This document shows positions 19,523 through 27,059 of a stretch of 32,000 bases of DNA, piece after piece (positions within the stretch are counted from its first letter, which is position 1; each line of letters opens with the position of its first letter). Position numbers and translations under genes: made by a program. Source of the stretch: Alkanindiges sp. WGS2144 (GTDB lineage: Bacteria; Pseudomonadota; Gammaproteobacteria; Pseudomonadales; Moraxellaceae); assembly GCF_043950625.1 (NCBI RefSeq), contig NZ_CP171007.1; one strand, 5' to 3'. The notes under the pieces are model-generated. The model worked only from the letters and a program-made list of their open reading frames with translations. It made no database searches and was not told where the DNA came from.

Positions 19523-20653
19523 ATGACGTCATTTAATCCACTGTTTGGCTGGTTCTCCTCTTCTGATATCGCTCAGGACGCCATTGCCGAGCAACCGGCC
19601 ATGCCTGAGCTAATTTATAAACCCACCGCAGAAAATAACGATTTAATTGCAAATATTGCCCAGCTTCACAAGCCCTACTCGCCGTTACCCTGGCTGAATA
19701 ATTGCCATCTTCAAATTATTGCACTTGAATTAAAAAGTAAACTGGAAAAACCGTTGCTATACGACGCCATTGAAACTTTGACTATGCCGGATGGTGGTCA
19801 GACGGCTCTTGCCTGGTATGGTTATGATCTACCTGCTTCTGCCCCCACCGTTGTGATCTTGCACACGATTACCGGCGATCCGGACAGCATGCGCACCATG
19901 GTCAGGGATATTCACGAATACACTGGCTGGCGGGTGGTGGTCGCTGTGCGCCGTGGCCATGCCGACCTTGAGTTTGATCCACCCCGTTTTTGTATGTTTG
20001 GCTGTACGCAGGATTTAAAGCACCAGATTAACCGGATTGAACAGTTGTTTCCACAATCGCCACTGTATGCCATAGGATCATCGGCTGGTTCTGGTTTGCT
20101 GGTACGTTATCTGGGTGAAGAACAAAACAATGCCCGTTTTAAAGCAGCGTTTGCCTTTTGCCCCGGCTACAATACCGACGATGGTTTTGAGCGCTGCCAT
20201 CCTTTTTATAGCCAGTTTATTGCCAAAAAACTGATCAAAGTATTTATCGAACCACATCAGGATAAACTCCAGCATTTGACCACGCTGCAACCCCTCAAAG
20301 CAGCCAAAGATTTACTGGAATTTCAGCAACGGGTGTATGAATTTTCTGGCTATGACAGCTATCAGGATTATTCCCGTGCAACCAATCCCATAGCGGTATT
20401 TAAGCAGGTGACCAAGCCGCTCATGCTGCTCAATGCCTGCGACGACCCGATTTGCGATATTAAAAACCTTGAACCCTATGTGGCTGATCTTGAGCAACTC
20501 TCCAACTTTATTGTGGTTAAAACCCAAAAAGGCAGCCACTGTGCTTTTTTGGAGGGCTGGCAGGCAAGATCATGGGCGCACCGTCTGATGGCCGAATACT
20601 TTCAGGCAATCCAGAACCACGAACCAACAAGTATGAACAGGAGACACTCATAG
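19523..20653 (+). CDS. Alpha/beta-fold hydrolase, YheT/ABHD1-3-like
   Basis: 376 aa. It has the nucleophile elbow GSSAG (AIGSSAGSG), an upstream HT(I/L)TG oxyanion region, and a late acid/His region (DDPI...GSHCAF). The SD AGGAG lies upstream. Confidence 0.75.
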   Translation: MTSFNPLFGWFSSSDIAQDAIAEQPAMPELIYKPTAENNDLIANIAQLHKPYSPLPWLNNCHLQIIALELKSKLEKPLLYDAIETLTMPDGGQTALAWYGYDLPASAPTVVILHTITGDPDSMRTMVRDIHEYTGWRVVVAVRRGHADLEFDPPRFCMFGCTQDLKHQINRIEQLFPQSPLYAIGSSAGSGLLVRYLGEEQNNARFKAAFAFCPGYNTDDGFERCHPFYSQFIAKKLIKVFIEPHQDKLQHLTTLQPLKAAKDLLEFQQRVYEFSGYDSYQDYSRATNPIAVFKQVTKPLMLLNACDDPICDIKNLEPYVADLEQLSNFIVVKTQKGSHCAFLEGWQARSWAHRLMAEYFQAIQNHEPTSMNRRHS

Positions 20654-20760
20654 CAAGAAGCCAATAGAATTTGTGGTAAATTTCGGCCAAAACCGGGCTA
20701 AAGTACGTTAGAATAATCCGATTTTTCGTGTTCAATTCCGCAAAAGAAGGAACCCCTACC

Positions 20761-22005
20761 GTGGACGTACGTCTGTCTGACCGTGTTAACTCTATTAAGC
20801 CCTCACCTACGCTTGCTGTAACCAATAAGGCAGCCGAGCTAAAAGCCGCAGGTCATAATATTATTGGTCTTGGTGCTGGTGAGCCAGACTTTGATACGCC
20901 ACAACACATTAAGGATGCTGCGATTGCAGCAATTAATAATGGTTTTACCAAATACACCGCAGTTGATGGTACACCTGGCTTAAAAAAAGCCATTATTGCC
21001 AAGTTCAAACGCGACAATAATCTCGACTATGACGCCAACCAGATTTTAGTATCCTGCGGTGGCAAACAAAGCTTCTTTAACCTGGCACTGGCCTTTATTA
21101 ACCCGGGTGATGAAGTCATTATTCCTGCGCCGTACTGGGTCAGCTATCCGGATATGGTACTCATTGCTGAAGGCGTGCCCGTGATTGTTAAGTGTGGTGA
21201 AGAACAGCGCTTTAAAATCACCGCTGAACAATTAGAAGCGGCCATTACGCCAAAAACAAAATTACTGGTACTCAATAGCCCGTCCAATCCAACCGGTATG
21301 ATTTATACCAAACAAGAGCTGGAAGCACTGGCTGAGGTATTGCGCCGTCATCCACAGGTTTATGTGGCCTCTGATGATATGTATGAACCAATTCGCTGGT
21401 CTGGCCCATTCTATAACATCGTTAATGTTGCCCCGGACCTGTACGACCGCACGCTGGTACTCAATGGCGTATCCAAAGCCTATGCCATGACTGGCTGGCG
21501 TATCGGCTATGCTGCTGGCCCTGCCAAAATCATTGGCGCCATGAAGAAGGTTCAGTCACAATCTACATCTAACCCAACCTCTATTAGTCAGGTTGCCGCA
21601 GAAGCTGCTTTAAATGGCCCACAAGACGTATTGCAACCCATGATTGAAGCCTTTAAGCGTCGTCATGATCTGGTCGTTAACGGGTTGAATGCGATTAAGG
21701 GGATTGATTGCCTGGATGCAGATGGCGCGTTTTATGCTTATGCTTCTGTTCGTCCGTTAATCCGTGCACTGGGCTTAAATTCCTGCACTGAATTTTCAGA
21801 ATGGTTACTGAACAAAACTGGCGTTGCCGTGGTGCCGGGTGATGCGTTTGGCTTAGGTGGTTATATGCGCATTTCCTATGCCACTGCCGATAGCGTGCTG
21901 GAAGATGCCCTAAACCGTATCAAGCAAGCAGTTGATGAAATTGATTCTGCTGCCTTGGATGCTGCCATTGAATCTGTTGCGGCAGACCGCGCCGCTGGCA
22001 AGTAA
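20761..22005 (+). CDS. Class-I PLP-dependent aspartate aminotransferase
   Basis: It has the motifs LS.RV..IKPSPT, GEPDF.TP, the NSPSNPTG region, SKAYAMTGWR (PLP lysine) and RISYA. I prefer the GTG at 20761 (SD AAGGAA upstream) over the track's 20728 start, because family members begin just before LSxRV. Confidence 0.88.
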   Translation: MDVRLSDRVNSIKPSPTLAVTNKAAELKAAGHNIIGLGAGEPDFDTPQHIKDAAIAAINNGFTKYTAVDGTPGLKKAIIAKFKRDNNLDYDANQILVSCGGKQSFFNLALAFINPGDEVIIPAPYWVSYPDMVLIAEGVPVIVKCGEEQRFKITAEQLEAAITPKTKLLVLNSPSNPTGMIYTKQELEALAEVLRRHPQVYVASDDMYEPIRWSGPFYNIVNVAPDLYDRTLVLNGVSKAYAMTGWRIGYAAGPAKIIGAMKKVQSQSTSNPTSISQVAAEAALNGPQDVLQPMIEAFKRRHDLVVNGLNAIKGIDCLDADGAFYAYASVRPLIRALGLNSCTEFSEWLLNKTGVAVVPGDAFGLGGYMRISYATADSVLEDALNRIKQAVDEIDSAALDAAIESVAADRAAGK

Positions 22006-22022
22006 GTAAACCTGAGTGATTT

Positions 22023-22060
22023 AAGGCACTGATTATCCAAGGGTGATCAGTGCCTTTTTA
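22023..22060 (+). terminator. Rho-independent terminator after the aminotransferase gene
   Basis: AAGGCACTGAT (22023-22033) pairs with ATCAGTGCCTT (22046-22056), followed by TTTTA. Confidence 0.85.
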
Positions 22061-22152
22061 TTGATAAAAATAATTTTTCAGCAATACCCTGCTGTTTCCC
22101 AATCATTTATGCACAGCTTTTAAGCAGTTAAGCAATTTTTTGGTTAAAAGGC

Positions 22153-22181
22153 TTGACCGCTCAGCACTTGCTTCTTAAAAT
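22153..22181 (+). promoter_or_regulatory. Sigma70-type promoter for the tRNA-Asn pair
   Basis: TTGACC (22153-22158), a 17-nt spacer, then TAAAAT (22176-22181). A GC-rich discriminator (GCGCCTC) follows, and the first tRNA begins about 20 nt downstream. Confidence 0.6.
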
Positions 22182-22200
22182 GCGCCTCACTTACCGCAAT

Positions 22201-22276
22201 TCTCCCATAGCTCAGTCGGTAGAGCGACGGACTGTTAATCCGCAGGTCCCTGGTTCGAGCCCAGGTGGGAGAGCCA
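22201..22276 (+). tRNA. tRNA-Asn (anticodon GUU), copy 1
   Basis: 76 nt. The acceptor stem is TCTCCCA/TGGGAGA. D-arm GCTCAGTCGGTAGAGC, anticodon loop CTGTTAA, T-arm CCTGGTTCGAGCCCAGG and an encoded CCA are all present. It is close to E. coli tRNA-Asn. Confidence 0.95.
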
Positions 22277-22301
22277 ACGGTAAGCACGCTGTAAATATTG
22301 T

Positions 22302-22377
22302 TCTCCCATAGCTCAGTCGGTAGAGCGACGGACTGTTAATCCGCAGGTCCCTGGTTCGAGCCCAGGTGGGAGAGCCA
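22302..22377 (+). tRNA. tRNA-Asn (anticodon GUU), copy 2, identical to copy 1
   Basis: Exact 76-nt repeat of 22201-22276, after a 25-nt spacer. Confidence 0.95.
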
Positions 22378-22384
22378 AGATTCT

Positions 22385-22417
22385 AAAAAGCCTTGCTAAC
22401 CATGCAGGGCTTTTTTT
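22385..22417 (+). terminator. Rho-independent terminator after the tRNA-Asn pair
   Basis: AGCCTTGC (22389-22396) pairs with GCAGGGCT (22404-22411), with one G-U pair, followed by a T7 run. It overlaps the ORF track's 22393 start, which argues for the later start at 22447. Confidence 0.85.
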
Positions 22418-22446
22418 ATTGCTGTTTTAAATGTGTGAGTGAAGAC

Positions 22447-22890
22447 ATGAGTTTGTGGTGGGTTGCTGGTATTGCGCTTTTTATGCTGATCATCCTTGGC
22501 AGCAAGAATAAAAAACCAAAACAGCAACATACGCCCATTCATGCCAAAGCGATTTTAACCCGCCGCGAACAGCAATTTTTTGCAGTCCTTGAGCAAGCCC
22601 TGCCCCGGTTTTATATTTTTCCACAGGTGAGCTTTTCGGCCATTTTAACCACCAAAGGTTTTTATACCCGTAGTCAATTTAACCGTAAAATTGCTGACTT
22701 TGTGCTTTGCAATGAAGGCCTGGAGATTATCGCGGTGATTGAGCTAGACGATAGCAGCCACAAAGGCCGCGAAAAACAGGATGCCGCCCGCGATGCCATG
22801 TTGGATGAAGCCGGCTATCCCGTGTTGCGCTATGCACAGATTCCTGAAAGCTGGCAGCTGCAAAAAGACATCCGGCAACTGATTAAATAG
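22447..22890 (+). CDS. DUF2726 domain protein (PD-(D/E)xK / Vsr-like nuclease fold) with an N-terminal transmembrane anchor
   Basis: 147 aa from the ATG at 22447. The N-terminal TM is WWVAGIALFMLIILG followed by KNKKPK. The DUF2726 pattern follows: LTRREQQFF..LEQALP.FYIFPQV......ADFVLCN..LEIIAVIELDDSSH...R...D...D..L..AGYPVLRY. Confidence 0.75.
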   Translation: MSLWWVAGIALFMLIILGSKNKKPKQQHTPIHAKAILTRREQQFFAVLEQALPRFYIFPQVSFSAILTTKGFYTRSQFNRKIADFVLCNEGLEIIAVIELDDSSHKGREKQDAARDAMLDEAGYPVLRYAQIPESWQLQKDIRQLIK

Positions 22891-22891
22891 T

Positions 22892-23245
22892 TTATCTATT
22901 TTCTGAATCAAAAGCCTTATGCTGGTTGCTGCTGGCATCACGCACATTTTTTTGGCAGGTTTTATTGTCAACCTCAACTACTTTACCCCGTTGATCATAA
23001 CAACGGCAGCCCGAGGACGTGGTCATACAGCCAGCGATATAAGGTGTTTTTTTCCTTGAAGCCAGTTGCTGCAATTGTGCTTTCACTTTTTCATTCTGGT
23101 TACTGGTAGTGTCGCTTGCAGACATATGACTGGATGAGATTTTTCCAGATTCGGCATTAAAAAAACTTTGCTTTTTTAAAATGCTGACCAGTATCAATGC
23201 AATGATTAGAAAGACAGCAAGCTTAATGAGTTTTTGTAGCGCCAT
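22892..23245 (-). CDS. Hypothetical small membrane protein (117 aa) with a C-x6-C-x-C-x14-C motif
   Basis: I take Met26 of the track's 142-aa ORF as the start, because the longer version overlaps tRNA-Arg. It has an N-terminal TM (LIKLAVFLIIALILVSIL), then a Ser/Thr/Gln-rich linker, then GCMTTSSGCRCYDQRGKVVEVDNKTC. There is no clear SD and I cannot assign a family. Confidence 0.5.
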   Translation of the reverse strand: MALQKLIKLAVFLIIALILVSILKKQSFFNAESGKISSSHMSASDTTSNQNEKVKAQLQQLASRKKTPYIAGCMTTSSGCRCYDQRGKVVEVDNKTCQKNVRDASSNQHKAFDSENR

Positions 23246-23292
23246 GATGGATATGCCAAGGCCGAAAAGTACATTGTAATTATTGGAATAAA

Positions 23293-23369
23293 TGGCGCGC
23301 CCGGCGGGATTCGAACCCACGACCCCTGCCTTCGGAGGGCAGTACTCTATCCAGCTGAGCTACGGGCGC
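23293..23369 (-). tRNA. tRNA-Arg (anticodon CCG)
   Basis: The reverse complement is GCGCCCGTAGCTCAGCTGGATAGAGTACTGCCCTCCGAAGGCAGGGGTCGTGGGTTCGAATCCCGCCGGGCGCGCCA. It folds as a cloverleaf with anticodon loop CTCCGAA and is close to E. coli tRNA-Arg(CCG). Confidence 0.95.
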
Positions 23370-23584
23370 ATAAGGGCTGACATAATAGGCAAAAAGTAGG
23401 CGCTGGTAAAGCATTGTCTGCCTGTTTGCTAGTTTTCTATCCAGCTGCTTAATCATTGCTCCAGTAGCTGGCTAAAAGAACAGTAACACAGCGTTATAAA
23501 ATAGGTTTATACAGGGCTTGGCTTTTGGGGTGAGATTACTGACAATATATCTTTTCGCTGAAACAGTCACTAAAGAGATACCAC

Positions 23585-24538
23585 ATGACAGATGCCTTAG
23601 TACTCAAGCAGCTTACCAAAACCTATAAAAACGGGTTTTCCGCACTCAAAGGCATTGATCTTACCGTAAGTGAAGGTGATTTTTATGCCTTGCTTGGGCC
23701 AAACGGCGCAGGCAAGTCCACCACCATTAGCATTATCAGTTCACTGACTAAAAAAACTTCCGGCCATGTTGAGATTTTTGGCCATAATCTGGATACCCAT
23801 CCATCACAAGCCAAACAATGCCTTGGCGTTGTGCCGCAGGAATTTAACTTTGGCCAGTTTGAAAAAGTTTTTGATATTCTGGTCACGCAAGCCGGCTATT
23901 ACGGTATTGCCAAAAAAGAAGCCCAGATTCGTGCTGAAAAATATCTGAACAAGCTCGGATTATGGGAAAAACGCGATGTGCAATCACGCTTGTTATCTGG
24001 CGGTATGAAACGCCGCCTGATGATTGCCCGTGCCATGATTCATGAACCACGCCTTCTGATTTTAGATGAGCCTACCGCTGGTGTAGATATTGAATTGCGG
24101 CGCTCTATGTGGGACTTCTTAACTGAAATTAATAGTCAGGGCACGTCCATTATTTTAACCACGCATTATCTGGAAGAAGCAGAAATGCTGTGTCGCCGTA
24201 TTGCCATTATTGATAAAGGCATCATTAAAGAAGACACCGATATCAAAACCCTGCTAAATCAGCTTGCCATGGAAACATTTGTACTGGACCTTAAGCAGCC
24301 CTATCACCACTGGCCGGACTTTAATATTCAGGGCGTGCATTTTTATCCGGTTGATCCGCTCACTGTTGAAGTCACCATTGATAAGGGATTGGCGCTTAAC
24401 GATGTGTTTGCCTTACTGGCTAGCCAGAATATTGAAGTGATCAGTATGCGCAACAAATCGAACCGTCTCGAGGAGTTGTTTATTCGCATGGTTGAAAAAA
24501 ATCTGGGCGATCAAAAACCTGCTGGAGCAAGCGCATGA
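23585..24538 (+). CDS. ABC transporter ATP-binding protein (ABC-2 / YadG-like)
   Basis: 317 aa. It has Walker A GPNGAGKST, the signature LSGGMKRR, Walker B LLILDEPT and the H-loop TTHY. Its stop overlaps the permease start (ATGA). Confidence 0.9.
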   Translation: MTDALVLKQLTKTYKNGFSALKGIDLTVSEGDFYALLGPNGAGKSTTISIISSLTKKTSGHVEIFGHNLDTHPSQAKQCLGVVPQEFNFGQFEKVFDILVTQAGYYGIAKKEAQIRAEKYLNKLGLWEKRDVQSRLLSGGMKRRLMIARAMIHEPRLLILDEPTAGVDIELRRSMWDFLTEINSQGTSIILTTHYLEEAEMLCRRIAIIDKGIIKEDTDIKTLLNQLAMETFVLDLKQPYHHWPDFNIQGVHFYPVDPLTVEVTIDKGLALNDVFALLASQNIEVISMRNKSNRLEELFIRMVEKNLGDQKPAGASA

Positions 24539-25308
24539 ATTTTCAGCAACTACAAATCGCCTTAAATACGCTGGTAACCAAAGAAATCCGCCGTTTTATG
24601 CGTATCTGGCCGCAAACCCTGCTACCACCGGCCATTACCATGAGCCTGTACTTTGTTATTTTTGGCAATTTGATTGGTTCACGGATTGGGCAAATGAATG
24701 GCTACAGCTACATGCAGTTTATTGTACCAGGCCTGATTATGATGGCAGTGATCACCAATAGTTATTCCAATGTGGTTTCCAGCTTTTTCAGTACCAAGTT
24801 TCAACGCAGTATTGAAGAGTTACTGGCCAGCCCAGTGCCGCACCATATTATTTTAGTAGGTTATGTCATTGGTGGCGTGGTGCGTGGCTTGCTGGTTGGT
24901 TTAATTGTGACACTATTGTCGCTGTTTTTTACTGAGCTTTCTATTCTGCATGTGTTCGTGACTGTATTTACCGTTCTGGTCACGGCTATTTTATTTTCAT
25001 TGGGCGGCTTTATTAATGCAGTGTATGCCCGTTCCTTTGATGATATTTCCATTGTACCTACTTTTGTTCTTACGCCCCTGACTTATCTGGGTGGTGTGTT
25101 TTATTCCATGGATCAGCTTGGACCTTTTTGGCAAAAGCTTTCCTTGCTCAACCCAATTGTCTATATGGTCAATGCCTTTCGTTACGGCATTTTGGGCGCT
25201 AGTGATGTCAATGTGTGGGCCTCACTGGCAGCAATCAGCGTATTTTGTATTGTGATGTATGTTTTTGCCTACCGATTGCTGGCCCGTGGTACCGGGATGC
25301 GGGAATAA
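24535..25308 (+). CDS. ABC-2 type transporter permease (YadH-like)
   Basis: 257 aa with about 6 predicted TM helices. The N-terminal KEI.RF.R...QT...P pattern is typical of ABC-2 permeases. It is translationally coupled to the ATPase gene. Confidence 0.88.
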   Translation: MNFQQLQIALNTLVTKEIRRFMRIWPQTLLPPAITMSLYFVIFGNLIGSRIGQMNGYSYMQFIVPGLIMMAVITNSYSNVVSSFFSTKFQRSIEELLASPVPHHIILVGYVIGGVVRGLLVGLIVTLLSLFFTELSILHVFVTVFTVLVTAILFSLGGFINAVYARSFDDISIVPTFVLTPLTYLGGVFYSMDQLGPFWQKLSLLNPIVYMVNAFRYGILGASDVNVWASLAAISVFCIVMYVFAYRLLARGTGMRE

Positions 25309-25333
25309 TCGTCAAACAGTTTGAGTGTTTAAA

Positions 25334-26152
25334 ATGAGTGTTGAACAATCCTTGCTAGGTCAAACCACCAGTTATCCTACACAATACGCACCGGAGATTT
25401 TATTTCCTATTGCGCGGGCACCATCGCGTCAGGCCTATGCCAATATTGCAGGCATTAATCAGGGCATGGACTGGTGGCATGCCTTTGAGCTGTCCTGGCT
25501 GGATATGCAGGATAAACCACAGGTGGCGATTGGCCGGCTGCATATTCCGGCAGCTTCTGAGTTTTTAATAGAGTCCAAGTCTTTAAAGCTTTATTTTAAT
25601 AGCTTAAATTTTACCCAGTTTAGCTCGCCACAGGCGTTTATTGACTGTGTGGAGCATGACTTAAGCCGTGCTGCCAATGCAATTGTCCGCCTGGAATTAT
25701 ATAGTGCTGACGAGCTTTTGGTGAGTCAGCCTACAGGTATTTGTCTGGATCAGTTTAGTCCAAATGGCTTTAGCATTCAGCCGGATGCCAACCTGCTTAA
25801 GCTGGACAGTTCAGCAGACCAGCAGCCAGCAGAGGTCAACCTGTATTCTCACTTACTAAGAAGTAACTGCCCAGTCACCGGCCAGCCAGACTGGGGCACA
25901 CTTTTTATCAAATATCACGGCATTGCACCTTGTTATTCAAGCCTGCTCGCCTATATTATCTCCTACCGCCAGCACAGCGGCTTTCATGAGCAGTGTGTTG
26001 AACAGGTTTTTGCTGATATCTGGCAGCAGCTACAACCTGAACGCCTGATGGTTTATGCAGCTTATACACGTCGAGGGGGACTTGACATCAATCCATGCCG
26101 TGTCTCCGACCTGGAATGGTTGCCCTCACCCATTCGTTTAGCCCGACAATAA
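25334..26152 (+). CDS. queF: NADPH-dependent 7-cyano-7-deazaguanine (preQ0) reductase, two-domain type II QueF
   Basis: Collinear with E. coli QueF/YqcD (ESKSLKLYFNS, HLLRSNCPVTGQPDWGT, FHEQCVE, YTRRGGLDINP). I prefer the ATG at 25334 (MSVEQS) over the GTG at 25325. Confidence 0.9.
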   Translation: MSVEQSLLGQTTSYPTQYAPEILFPIARAPSRQAYANIAGINQGMDWWHAFELSWLDMQDKPQVAIGRLHIPAASEFLIESKSLKLYFNSLNFTQFSSPQAFIDCVEHDLSRAANAIVRLELYSADELLVSQPTGICLDQFSPNGFSIQPDANLLKLDSSADQQPAEVNLYSHLLRSNCPVTGQPDWGTLFIKYHGIAPCYSSLLAYIISYRQHSGFHEQCVEQVFADIWQQLQPERLMVYAAYTRRGGLDINPCRVSDLEWLPSPIRLARQ

Positions 26153-26174
26153 TTTTTATGTTTAGAGGTTTTTT

Positions 26175-26834
26175 ATGACTAGCTACTTTGGCATTGTTCC
26201 ATCTGATGAGCTAACCAGTGATATTAATCTTGCCAAAAGCAATCGTGGCAGCAGCGAGCCACAATACCCCCTGCGCGACAAGATTTCCCTGAAGTTAAAT
26301 GATGAATTAATTGACAATTTACTGGTGCGACTGGTTCAGCAATTTCCACCCAGTGATAAACGTGATACTGCCGAAAAACTGGCCGGTTATGTACGCAGCA
26401 CGGTAAGCGTCCTGCTCAAACAATTACTGGGTAAAGCGCCTAACGAACAAGTACTCAAATCACTGGAGTTTCTGGAAGCCAGTACATTTGCCGATGCTTC
26501 CGGTAATACCCGCATTGGTGTGGAGTTACCTGATGATCTGGTGAATCAGTTAAGAGCAACGTTTGCTGCGGTAAAAGCAGGTGACGGCAAAGCACAGCGC
26601 GGAGCTTTGGCTACTCAGTTCAAACTATTTGCTGATAAAATCATCAAGCATTATATGACTGATTTTAATAAAACACTGGAGCTGGGCCTGATCAAGCGTA
26701 AAGCAGCCGATCTTGCCACTAGCGCGGTAGGCAAGGCTGTACATATTGCGATTGATAAATTATTCCCAGCCCTGACCCAGGCTGAGCTTGAAGCAGTAGT
26801 CACCCATTATGACCAACTGCTGGTGCAAAAATAA
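26175..26834 (+). CDS. Hypothetical protein, 219 aa, predicted largely alpha-helical, family not recognised
   Basis: An ORF with the SD AGAGG 7 nt upstream, 22 nt after the queF stop, followed by a strong terminator. It has no TM segments, Cys or His motifs or enzyme signatures that I can see. Confidence 0.65.
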   Translation: MTSYFGIVPSDELTSDINLAKSNRGSSEPQYPLRDKISLKLNDELIDNLLVRLVQQFPPSDKRDTAEKLAGYVRSTVSVLLKQLLGKAPNEQVLKSLEFLEASTFADASGNTRIGVELPDDLVNQLRATFAAVKAGDGKAQRGALATQFKLFADKIIKHYMTDFNKTLELGLIKRKAADLATSAVGKAVHIAIDKLFPALTQAELEAVVTHYDQLLVQK

Positions 26835-26887
26835 TTATTGAAAATCTAGATATTAGGTTCAATCTATTGTTATTGCTTTATTTTTAA

Positions 26888-26926
26888 AAGACTGCCTGAG
26901 CAACTGACTTGGGCAGTCTTTTTTTA
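26888..26926 (+). terminator. Rho-independent terminator closing the ABC-queF-orf219 cluster
   Basis: AAGACTGCC (26888-26896) pairs with GGCAGTCTT (26912-26920), followed by a T-run. Confidence 0.85.
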
Positions 26927-27059
26927 TGACCCATGCATAGATGAATTCAAAAATATTAAAGCAACAGTTTTTCTCCTTTAATTTGAGCATTTTGATCACC
27001 CCTTTGTCATTTGAAACGTGGCAGAATCCATAGCACATGATCAAAGGATGATAGAGTCA

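Noticed and set aside
22378-23292. Interpreting the tRNA-flanked interval as a genomic island or prophage remnant.
   Set aside because: I found no integrase, no att-like duplication of either tRNA 3' end, and only two small genes. I report it as an accessory-looking islet, not as a mobile element.
23346-23447. A 12-nt direct repeat, TCTATCCAGCTG, found inside the tRNA-Arg D-arm (23346-23357) and again 90 nt away (23436-23447). It could be a relic of a tRNA-targeted integration.
   Set aside because: Integrative elements duplicate the tRNA 3' end, not the D-arm. The repeat lies on the 5' (promoter) side of the tRNA, and no integrase or other mobile-element gene is present. A handful of chance 12-mer repeats are expected in 32 kb.
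23370-23584. Possible preQ1 riboswitch upstream of the ABC-queF cluster, suggested by an A-rich stretch with ACTAAAGAG next to the SD.
   Set aside because: The small hairpin I could draw (GAGAT-N12-ATCTT) lacks the conserved preQ1-I loop nucleotides, and the tail does not match the AAAAAACUA pattern. The resemblance is limited to the SD region.
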